Positions 54,695 to 61,969 of a DNA stretch of 64,000 nt are shown here, piece by piece. Source of the DNA: Solirubrobacterales bacterium (GTDB lineage: Bacteria > Actinomycetota > Thermoleophilia > Solirubrobacterales > 70-9); assembly GCA_023958085.1 (NCBI GenBank), contig JAMLGI010000011.1, positions 2,904 to 66,903 on the forward strand, in the 5' to 3' direction. The position numbers and the translations under genes are program-made. How positions within the stretch are numbered: the first letter of the stretch is position 1; each line of letters starts with the position of its first letter. The notes below the pieces were generated by a model, which was not told the DNA's origin, made no database searches, and saw nothing but the letters and a program-made list of their open reading frames with translations.

Positions 54695-56188
54695 TCATCG
54701 GGAGTCCGCCTTTGAGAACTCGACAGTTGCCGTAGTGGCTCCGCCATCACCGGGTCCGAGGGTCACGGTGGCTCCCCACTGGGAGGCCAGCTCCCGGGCG
54801 ATCGCGAGGCCAAGCCCGGTACCTTCGTTTCCCTGCTTTCCGGCCCGACCCCTGGTGAACCGTTCGAACACCAGATCCGCCTCGGCCGGATCGACGCCCG
54901 CTCCCCGATCGGTGATCAGAATCCGGTGCGGCTTCACTTCGATCCCGATCTCGCTGCCTGCCGGGGAGTAGTTCACCGCGTTCTCGAGCAGGACATCGAG
55001 GACCCGGTCGAGGTCGGCGGGCGCCCCGAAAACCGGCTCGATGTCATCACGGTCGATTCCGGTGAGCTCGATCTCGTGCTCTCCCGCGGCGTCAGCCCAG
55101 CGGTCGCGGGCGGCGGCCGCGAGCTCGGCCAGATCGAGATCCGTGCCGGGACGGTCGATCTCCCCCGCCCGGCTGAGAATGAGCAGTTCCTCGACCATCA
55201 CCGCGAGTCGATCGATTTCCCGCAGGGCGGCTTCGAGTTCCTCCCGGTTGGAGGGGTCGGCTGCCTCGTCGCTCAGGCCCTCGATCCTCAGGCGCAAACC
55301 GGTCAGCGGGGTCCGCAGCTGATGCGATGCGTTAGCCACAAAATCGTTCTGGCTGCGGAGCAGCCGGTCCACCCGGGCGGTCATCTCGTTGAAGGAGCGG
55401 GCCAGCGAGCGTTGTTCCTTGCTGCCGGTCACTTCGGCCTCGGTTTCGGTTCCGCCGGTGGCGAACCTGCGGGCGGAGGCCTCCAGCCGTCGAATCGGCT
55501 TGGAGATCCGGTCGGCAAGAGCAGCCGCCACGATCATCGCGAAAGCAAGGACGAGAACTGCGAGCAGGGCGAGGCCGAGTTGGGCCCTGCGCACCGCCGA
55601 GTTCACGGCATCGACGCTCTGGGTGATCCTGACCGCCCCGACCACCCGGTCTCCCGTGAAGATCGGATCGGAGGTGGCGAGGACCTTCGTCTCGAGGGTC
55701 CGACTGGACCGCTCCCGCTGGGTGCTCTCTCCCCGGAGTGCCGCCGCGATCTCCGGGCGCGAATCGTAATCCCGTCCTTCGGTTCCGGCGTCACCACTGT
55801 CACTGAGAACCGCACCGGTGGCGTCGACGATGATCACCCGTCCCCGGACCGTGCGGGCGGCGATCTCGGTCAGGCGGTCCATGGCGGGCTGGTTCAGCGG
55901 GTTGATCAGACCACTCGCCCCGGTGGCCACAATCGCCGCCTGGCTGTGGGCCTGGCTGCGAACCTCATCGGTGACCCGGTCGCCAAAGGCGAAAGCCAGC
56001 GGCAGGCCGAGCGCGATCAGCGCCAACAGGAGGATGTAGGAGACGGCGGCGAGGAGGAGGGCTCTAAGGCTTACGGTCGTCCTCCCCCGCTTCGGCGAAG
56101 CGGAATCCGACCCCGCGCACGGTGTGGATGTAGCGCGACTCGGTGGCGCTGTCGTGGAGCTTCTTCCGCAGGGCCCTGATGTGAACAT
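54695..56188 (-). CDS. Sensor histidine kinase (two TM, HAMP, HisKA, HATPase_c); start uncertain
   Basis: H-box ASHQLRTPL and the N/G1/G2 boxes (LLENAVNYS, DRGAG, GTGLGLAI). The only canonical in-frame start upstream of TM1 is ATG 56188, inside the RR gene. Confidence 0.8.
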   Translation of the reverse strand: MFTSGPCGRSSTTAPPSRATSTPCAGSDSASPKRGRTTVSLRALLLAAVSYILLLALIALGLPLAFAFGDRVTDEVRSQAHSQAAIVATGASGLINPLNQPAMDRLTEIAARTVRGRVIIVDATGAVLSDSGDAGTEGRDYDSRPEIAAALRGESTQRERSSRTLETKVLATSDPIFTGDRVVGAVRITQSVDAVNSAVRRAQLGLALLAVLVLAFAMIVAAALADRISKPIRRLEASARRFATGGTETEAEVTGSKEQRSLARSFNEMTARVDRLLRSQNDFVANASHQLRTPLTGLRLRIEGLSDEAADPSNREELEAALREIDRLAVMVEELLILSRAGEIDRPGTDLDLAELAAAARDRWADAAGEHEIELTGIDRDDIEPVFGAPADLDRVLDVLLENAVNYSPAGSEIGIEVKPHRILITDRGAGVDPAEADLVFERFTRGRAGKQGNEGTGLGLAIARELASQWGATVTLGPGDGGATTATVEFSKADSR

Positions 56189-56789
56189 CGAGCGTCTTGG
56201 TCGAGCCGAACCAGTTGACGTCCCAGACGTCGGCCATGAGGTCTTCCCGGGTAACGACCCGACCGGCGTTTCGGACCAGTTCGGCCAGCAGATCGAACTC
56301 CTTGCGGGACAGCTGAAGCTCCTCGCCGGCGAGATGCGCTTTCCTGCCGGGCAGGTCCACCGACAGCTCGAGAATCTCGATCGGGGTTTCTTCATCTCTG
56401 GGGGCGACCGCCGAGCGCCGCAGGATCGCCCGGATCCTTGAGATGACCTCACGCGAGCTGAACGGTTTTACGACGTAATCGTCGGCGCCCAACTCCAGTC
56501 CCACCACCCGGTCGGTCTCGGTCATCCTCGCGGTCAGCATCAGGATCGGAACGTCGGAGCGACGTCGGATCTCGACACAGATGTCCCTCCCGTCACCGTC
56601 CGGGAGGCTCAGGTCGAGCAGGATGAAATCGGGATTGACCCGATCAAACAGCTCAAGGGCCGAGGCTGCCGTCCTTGCGTTGACGGGATCGAAGCCGGCC
56701 TTTTTCAGGGATCGGGTGAACGGCTCCGAGATCGAGTCTTCGTCCTCGACGAAAAGGATTCGTGGTCCCGGGCGCTCGGACGACTCCAT
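56064..56789 (-). CDS. OmpR/PhoB-family response regulator
   Basis: ILFVEDED...LLDLSLPDGDG receiver domain and a winged-helix C-terminus ...YIHTVRGVGFRF. TAGGAT lies 6 nt upstream of the ATG. Confidence 0.9.
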   Translation of the reverse strand: MESSERPGPRILFVEDEDSISEPFTRSLKKAGFDPVNARTAASALELFDRVNPDFILLDLSLPDGDGRDICVEIRRRSDVPILMLTARMTETDRVVGLELGADDYVVKPFSSREVISRIRAILRRSAVAPRDEETPIEILELSVDLPGRKAHLAGEELQLSRKEFDLLAELVRNAGRVVTREDLMADVWDVNWFGSTKTLDVHIRALRKKLHDSATESRYIHTVRGVGFRFAEAGEDDRKP

Positions 56790-56931
56790 CGGCCGATCCT
56801 ACCGCCGGATCTGCCGGTCCCGGAGAAGTTTTGCCAACTCCTAACCCGGAGATTGGCTGCTCCTTGGAGGTCGAAATCCAGAATCAGCGGCAAGCAGTCG
56901 GATTTCACAACCCCCGAAGGAGCTGGTCCCG

Positions 56932-57291
56932 TTGGAAAACCTCAAGACAAAGGGTGCCGTCGCCGCCACCGTGCTGGCACTGGGCGGCCTGGCCGGAGTT
57001 GCGCTTGCCTCGAATGATGGCCGATCGAGTACGGACCCCTCGGTCGAAACCAACCGCCAGAGGATCGATCGCCCCGAAGCAACTGGCCCGGACGCCGCCG
57101 GGAATGGTGGAGACCGGGAGCACTCCGAGCTTGCGCCAACGGATGAAGGAACCTCCCCGCCCGTGACCTCCTCCAGCGGAGGTTCCGAAGGCGAGGAAGG
57201 CCACGATTACGGCGAGCGATCCCGGTCACAGGACGACAACGAATCGGATCACGACGATTCCGACGAGGACCATGATGACGATGACGACTGA
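56932..57291 (+). CDS. Secreted or anchored protein with an Asp/His-rich C-terminal tail ending in poly-Asp
   Basis: TTG start with a GAAGGAG RBS. N-terminal hydrophobic segment AVAATVLALGGLAGVALA. The tail is ...EEGHDYGERSRSQDDNESDHDDSDEDHDDDDD (3 His, 13 Asp in the last 32 residues). Confidence 0.6.
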   Translation: MENLKTKGAVAATVLALGGLAGVALASNDGRSSTDPSVETNRQRIDRPEATGPDAAGNGGDREHSELAPTDEGTSPPVTSSSGGSEGEEGHDYGERSRSQDDNESDHDDSDEDHDDDDD

Positions 57292-57556
57292 GCGGCCCCG
57301 GCCGGTACGAAGGCGAAAGCCCTCCCCGCGGGCCGTCATCACCGTTTCCGCCACGATCTTCTTTTCTACCTTCGGGTTTCTGGCCTTTCAGCTGGCCCGG
57401 GGTGAGGATCCGGCGCTGGGACCCCGTGCGGTGGCAGGCGGATCGGGAGCGGAAAACGGGCAGGTCACCCGGCCGTCGACCCCTCTCGGGTCGAATCAAA
57501 CCGGGTCCGAAGACGTCCCCTCGACCCCGGCTCCGGTCGTCACGGAAAGTTCGTGA
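57272..57556 (+). CDS. Small single-pass membrane ORF (94 aa); coding status uncertain
   Basis: Basic N-terminus, TM helix AVITVSATIFFSTFGFLAF, Pro/Ser/Gly-rich tail. Overlaps the upstream gene by 20 nt and apbE by 4 nt (GTGA). Confidence 0.4.
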   Translation: MMTMTTERPRPVRRRKPSPRAVITVSATIFFSTFGFLAFQLARGEDPALGPRAVAGGSGAENGQVTRPSTPLGSNQTGSEDVPSTPAPVVTESS

Positions 57557-58557
57557 GGAGCCGTCAGATGGAGCCTTTCGATCGACAGTTCGACGCGATG
57601 GGCGTCCGCATCCGGATCATGATCGGCCCCCCGGCCGAGTCCGGACTGCCCTCACCGCGGGAAGCCGGCGAAGGGGCCGAGGAGTTCATTCGGGACTTCG
57701 ACCGCCGCCTTTCGCGCTTCAGATTGGACAGCGAGCTCACCGCCATGAACAGTGATCCCGGAACCGAGGTGCCTGCTTCCGAACTGTTACGGACCGCGGT
57801 CAAGGCCGGGGTGTGGACTGCCCGACAGTCCGGGGGCCTGGTCGATCCCACGCTGCTCGATGAAATCGAGGAATCCGGCTATCGCCGGTCCCGGGCCGGG
57901 CTATCCGGGGTCCCGGTGTCCGAGGCGCTGCTTGACGCCCCGGATCGAAAACCGGCAAGCCCCGACGACAGGCAACGGTGGACCGGATTCAAGGTGGACG
58001 ACGAGCAGGGAGTGATCCGGCGCCCGTCCGGACTCAAGTTCGACACCGGTGGTACCGGAAAGGGACTTGCCGCGGACCTGGTGGCCGGGTCGCTGGCCGG
58101 ATATTCACGCTTTCTGATCAGCTGCGGCGGAGACATCCGGGTTGGCGGTCGGGAAGCCGAAAGGATGCCCCATGAGGTCCTGGTCCAGCACCCGGTCAGC
58201 GGCAGCAGGCCTTACCGGTTGCGGCTCCGATCCGGTGGTGTCGCCACCTCCGGCGTAAACGTCAGATCGTGGCGTCGAGCCGATGGCCGAGCCGTCCACC
58301 ACCTGCTCGATCCCTCCACCGGCGAATCCTGCTGGTCGGGCCTGATCGGAGCAACCGCCCTCGGCCGAACGGCGCTTGAAGCCGAGACGCTGGCCAAGGC
58401 CGCCCTGCTCTCCGGGCCGAAGGGTGCCCGTCGAACACTCTCCCGGCACGGAGGGCTGATCGTTCACGAGGACAACCGGTTCGAGCCGGTTGGTCTGACC
58501 CCGGTCGCCGTCCGCATCCCCCGGATGACGCCGCCCCAAGTAAGGGCGGCCGCATGA
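57553..58557 (+). CDS. apbE: FAD:protein FMN transferase (ApbE family), no signal peptide seen
   Basis: FDAMGVRIRI start of the domain, ...GLVDPT..., ...FDTGGTGKGLAADL... and ...VATSGVNVRSW... Alternative ATG at 57568. Confidence 0.85.
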   Translation: MRSRQMEPFDRQFDAMGVRIRIMIGPPAESGLPSPREAGEGAEEFIRDFDRRLSRFRLDSELTAMNSDPGTEVPASELLRTAVKAGVWTARQSGGLVDPTLLDEIEESGYRRSRAGLSGVPVSEALLDAPDRKPASPDDRQRWTGFKVDDEQGVIRRPSGLKFDTGGTGKGLAADLVAGSLAGYSRFLISCGGDIRVGGREAERMPHEVLVQHPVSGSRPYRLRLRSGGVATSGVNVRSWRRADGRAVHHLLDPSTGESCWSGLIGATALGRTALEAETLAKAALLSGPKGARRTLSRHGGLIVHEDNRFEPVGLTPVAVRIPRMTPPQVRAAA

Positions 58558-59207
58558 CCGCAATCGAGCAGACGCTCCTGACTCACGGGTGGTGGCTGGC
58601 AAGCCGCGCATCAGGGATTCTCGCCCTGGTTCTGGTCACGGTCTCGGTGGCGATCGGGCTGACCATGTCCGGCAAGCTGGCTCGGCGACCGGGGCTGCCT
58701 CGACTGCTCACTGCGCTACATGAGCAGACCGCCCTGGCCGGGCTGATCGCGATCGCCGTACATGGGATCACCCTGCTCGGCGATCCCTGGCTCAATCCCG
58801 GAGTCAGCGGTCTGCTGATGCCGTTCACCATGGACTACCGGCCGCTGTGGACCGGGCTCGGGGTCGTGGCCGGCCTTCTTGCCCTGGTTCTGGGCCTGAG
58901 CTTCTACGTCAGGAAAAGCATCGGCACAAAGCTCTGGCGCAAGGCACACCGGGCGACGATCCTGGTCTACTTCCTGGCCATCGGTCACACCCTCGGGGCT
59001 GGCACCGATGCCTCCGCCGGTTGGATGAAGTGGTGGTTGATCGTGACCACCCCGCCGATCGTGATGCTGTTTCTCTACCGGGTCGGCGGGGCACGCTTCC
59101 GCCAGAAGAGTTCCCGTCCGACCAGGGCACCCCGGGGTCGAGCCGTGCGACCTGCAGACCCCAGGGTGCCGCGGATTCCCACCGTCCACGGGAGCGAAAG
59201 CCGGTGA
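58554..59207 (+). CDS. Ferric-reductase-like / MsrQ-like transmembrane dihaem-b domain protein
   Basis: 5-6 TM helices with His pairs placed as in the FRD/YedZ family (LHEQT..AVHGI and KAHRA..IGHTLG). Confidence 0.72.
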   Translation: MTAIEQTLLTHGWWLASRASGILALVLVTVSVAIGLTMSGKLARRPGLPRLLTALHEQTALAGLIAIAVHGITLLGDPWLNPGVSGLLMPFTMDYRPLWTGLGVVAGLLALVLGLSFYVRKSIGTKLWRKAHRATILVYFLAIGHTLGAGTDASAGWMKWWLIVTTPPIVMLFLYRVGGARFRQKSSRPTRAPRGRAVRPADPRVPRIPTVHGSESR

Positions 59208-60391
59208 CCGCGGATGGAGTGGTGATCGTCGGTGGCGGACTCGCGGGCCAGGCCTGCGCCCAGACCCTGAGAAAGAACGGCTACGACGGCCGGGTCAGGA
59301 TGGTCTGTTCCGAACCGAGGGCGCCGTACGACCGGCCGTCACTCTCGAAGGGCTACCTGGCCGGCACCGTGGATGAGACCGGGATCTCGCTGAAGTCGGA
59401 TCGATGGCATTCCGAGCAGGGGATCGAGCTGCTGCTCGGCAGGGCTGCGGCAGAGCTTCGACCGGAAACAGAGAAGTTGGCCCTCAGCGACGGCTCGGTC
59501 CTTGGCTTTGACCGCCTGCTGATCGCCTGTGGTTCCGCGGCCAGGAAGCTGCCGGCGCTGTCGGGCTTTGAGAACGTCCACTCGCTGCGCACCCTGGACG
59601 ACGCCCGGAGGTTGAGATCCGAGCTCGGCAACGGCAGCCACATCGCGGTCGTCGGGTCGGGATTCATCGGCCAGGAGGTGGCCGCATCCGCCCGCACGCT
59701 CGGAGATGACGTCACCATCATCGAAGCGCTGGGCTCACCGCTGGAGGGTGTCCTCGGGGCGGCAGTCGGTCGGGAACTGGGCAACCTGCACACCGATCGC
59801 GGATCCTCGCTCCTGACGGGTGCGGTGGTCGAGGGAGCCCGAGGCAACGGTCGGGTCGAGGAGCTGTTGATGGCGGACGGCCGCCGGGTCGCTTGTGACA
59901 CCGTCGTGGTCGGGATCGGTGCCCGCCCGGCCGCGTCCTGGCTGGCAGGAAGTGGCCTGAATCCCGATGGGGTGATCACCGACCTGTCGGCTCGGACCCC
60001 CATTCCGGGGGTCTTCGCGGCCGGGGATGTGGCCTCGACCTTTGATCACCGGACGGGAACCTGGACCCGCTCGGAACACTGGGATTCGGCCGTGCACCAG
60101 GGCCGCAACGCGGCCCTCTCGATGCTCGGAAAGACCACGTTGCCACCGCCGCCACCATCGTTCTGGAGCGATCAGTACGACCACCGGATCCAGTATGTCG
60201 GCTATGCCGGGATCGCCGACCGGGTCGAGATGGACACCAATCCCGAGCGGGGAAAACTCAGGGTTCGGTACCTGCGTGGAGCGGACCCTGTCGCAGCCCT
60301 GGCAGTCGACGACCCACGGATGATCGCGGCTACCCGACGGGAACTCGAAAAAGCCTTCAAGTCCAAGACAACAACGAACGGAACACGATGA
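59204..60391 (+). CDS. NAD(P)H-dependent ferredoxin reductase (FAD pyridine-nucleotide-disulfide oxidoreductase family)
   Basis: VVIVGGGLAGQACA, YDRPSLSK, VVGSGFIGQEVA and FAAGDVA. The GTG start forms a GTGA overlap with the upstream stop, so the 5' 357 nt of ORF 58847 are rejected. Confidence 0.85.
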   Translation: MTADGVVIVGGGLAGQACAQTLRKNGYDGRVRMVCSEPRAPYDRPSLSKGYLAGTVDETGISLKSDRWHSEQGIELLLGRAAAELRPETEKLALSDGSVLGFDRLLIACGSAARKLPALSGFENVHSLRTLDDARRLRSELGNGSHIAVVGSGFIGQEVAASARTLGDDVTIIEALGSPLEGVLGAAVGRELGNLHTDRGSSLLTGAVVEGARGNGRVEELLMADGRRVACDTVVVGIGARPAASWLAGSGLNPDGVITDLSARTPIPGVFAAGDVASTFDHRTGTWTRSEHWDSAVHQGRNAALSMLGKTTLPPPPPSFWSDQYDHRIQYVGYAGIADRVEMDTNPERGKLRVRYLRGADPVAALAVDDPRMIAATRRELEKAFKSKTTTNGTR

Positions 60392-60597
60392 ATTGCAGAG
60401 CAGAAGTCGACGCAAACAGCTGCAGCGGACACGGAGACTGTGTGGCGGCAGCGCCCACAATTTTCCGGCTGGAGGACGAGATCGCCGAGGTGCTGAACGA
60501 CGGGCCCGAGGACCTGCTGATCAAGGCGGCAGAGTCCTGTCCGGCGGCGGCGATCGCGGTGTTCGATGGTTCCTCGGGGGAGCAGATCTATCCCTGA
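60388..60597 (+). CDS. Small single-cluster ferredoxin
   Basis: 69 aa, C..HG.C....P...........C and a distal CP, as in actinobacterial 3Fe-4S/4Fe-4S Fdx. ATGA overlap with the reductase. Confidence 0.8.
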   Translation: MNCRAEVDANSCSGHGDCVAAAPTIFRLEDEIAEVLNDGPEDLLIKAAESCPAAAIAVFDGSSGEQIYP

Positions 60598-60734
60598 CCC
60601 GCAGCCCCACCGGTACCTTCACGCAGCAGTCAAGGTGAGGATTCGGGCTCAAGCTCAGCTCGGAACCGTACCGTGGGCGGAGAGCGTCACTGGTCCGTGA
60701 TGGCTTTCCAGCGGTTGCGGAGGGACTGCGGATA

Positions 60735-60754
60735 TCACACATCCATGATGTGTA
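60735..60754. promoter_or_regulatory. Inverted repeat TCACACAT-N5-ATGTGTAA about 45 bp upstream of the RIC start
   Basis: ACACAT (60737-42) and ATGTGT (60748-53) are perfect arms. An A/T-rich TAAAAC follows immediately. Confidence 0.35.
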
Positions 60755-60797
60755 AAACTGGTCTGGCCAGTCTCAACCCGCGAAATCAGGTGGTCCC

Positions 60798-61511
60798 ATG
60801 AGTGAAGTCCTTGATCGATCCCAAGCACCGGAGAGCGTGACCGTTGGCGAGATCGTGCGCGACCTGCCGGCGGCGGCCGGGGTGTTCGAAAAGATCGGGA
60901 TCGAGTTCTGCTGTGGTGGAAACCACACGTTGGCCGAGGCCTGCAAGGAGAAAGGACTCGATCCGGCCACCGTGGCAGTGATGCTTGAGGCGCTGCCCGA
61001 CCCGGCGAGCGACCCGTCCGGACATGATCTGTCCCGGGCTTCGATCGGCGAGATCTGCGATCACATCGTCGCCGAGCATCACGAGAAGTTCCGCACCGAT
61101 TCGGCCAAGCTGGCCGAGATCGTCGCGACCGTGGTCCGGGTCCACGGTCCGGACAGTCCCGAGCTGGCCGACCTCGACCGTCTCTTCACCATCATGCGGG
61201 CAGACATGCTGGCCCACGCCGAACGCGAGGAGACCGAACTCTTCCCGGCAGCCACCGAGGCCAGCGCCAACGGCACCGCGCTCGATCCGGCGATCCTGGC
61301 CGAGCTCGAGGCCGACCATCGGGAAACCGGCGAGGCTCTGGAGGCGATCCGGGAGATCTGCGGCGACTACGACCTTGATCGGGCGTTCTGCGGAACCCAC
61401 CGGCTGATGCTGATGAACCTCCATGACCTCGAAATGGACACCCACCAGCACGTCCACGAGGAAAACAACATCCTCTTCCCGCTGATCCGGGAGCAACTCA
61501 CCACGGCTTGA
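60798..61511 (+). CDS. Iron-sulfur cluster repair di-iron protein (RIC/ScdA/YtfE family)
   Basis: N-terminal ScdA_N pattern ...FEKIGIEFCCGGNHTLAEAC... and hemerythrin-like His/Glu motifs (HHEKFR, HAEREE, HVHEENN). Confidence 0.85.
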   Translation: MSEVLDRSQAPESVTVGEIVRDLPAAAGVFEKIGIEFCCGGNHTLAEACKEKGLDPATVAVMLEALPDPASDPSGHDLSRASIGEICDHIVAEHHEKFRTDSAKLAEIVATVVRVHGPDSPELADLDRLFTIMRADMLAHAEREETELFPAATEASANGTALDPAILAELEADHRETGEALEAIREICGDYDLDRAFCGTHRLMLMNLHDLEMDTHQHVHEENNILFPLIREQLTTA

Positions 61512-61568
61512 GTCGCCCGCTCGATCCAGGTCTCGGGTCGCCCGCCATCACCAAAAACCACGCAAGAG

Positions 61569-61628
61569 CCATCGACAGGAGGTCTTTCGGCCTATAGAGC
61601 CGAATAACCTCCCCTCGATGGCTTTTTG
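61569..61628 (+). repeat. Left copy of a ~60-bp structured direct repeat; also a plausible RIC terminator
   Basis: CCATCGAcaGGAGG-N25-CCTCCccTCGATGG stem-loop followed by CTTTTTG. Roughly three quarters of its positions match the copy at 62382-62440. Confidence 0.65.
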
Positions 61629-61646
61629 AGGCTCGTTGAGTCTTGT

Positions 61647-61675
61647 TTGACACCAGAGTGGATAGAAGTCATACT
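61647..61675 (+). promoter_or_regulatory. Near-consensus promoter TTGACA-N17-CATACT placed 6 nt before the vapB-2 ATG (leaderless-type)
   Basis: TTGACA at 61647-52, CATACT at 61670-75, ATG at 61682. Confidence 0.5.
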
Positions 61676-61681
61676 GCAGGT

Positions 61682-61969
61682 ATGACTCACAGGGTCGGAA
61701 CAAAGGGGCAGGTCGTGATCCCCAAGGAGATCCGTGACCGGCTCGGAATCCAACCGGGTGACGAGGTGGATTTCCTGGCTGGCGAGTCCGAGGTGACGAT
61801 TCGCCCGGCCGGCGACGACCCGGCAGAGCGGGCCCGCCGAATTGACTCCTTGATGGGTTCGTGGGGCGACTCACCCGGGGGCGGCACCAAGGATCTGGAG
61901 GCCGAACGGTGTCGCGAGCGAGTGCGAGAAGAGGCGAAGTTTCTGAGGCTGACCGGTGGTAGTTCTTGA
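61682..61969 (+). CDS. vapB: AbrB/SpoVT-fold antitoxin (VapB-like)
   Basis: MTHRVGTKGQVVIPKEIRDRLGIQPGDEVDF. The internal ATG of ORF 61643 is used. Confidence 0.75.
   Translation: MTHRVGTKGQVVIPKEIRDRLGIQPGDEVDFLAGESEVTIRPAGDDPAERARRIDSLMGSWGDSPGGGTKDLEAERCRERVREEAKFLRLTGGSS

Noticed and set aside
56189-56452. First 88 codons of ORF 54695..56452 as part of the histidine kinase
   Set aside because: They are an alternative frame of the response-regulator gene with Ser/Arg/Pro/Cys-rich composition. They are kept only as the source of the nearest canonical ATG (56188).
58847-59203. N-terminal 119 codons of ORF 58847..60391
   Set aside because: They overlap the ferric-reductase-like gene in another frame and are Arg/Pro/Gly-rich. 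The reductase Rossmann motif starts right after GTG 59204, which overlaps the upstream stop.
61634-61640. GTTGAGT matching the integron attC core site GTTRRRY next to the left repeat, suggesting the vapBC could be an integron cassette
   Set aside because: A 7-mer degenerate match is expected by chance. There is no inverse core in the right place, no matching site at the right repeat and no intI integrase in the window.
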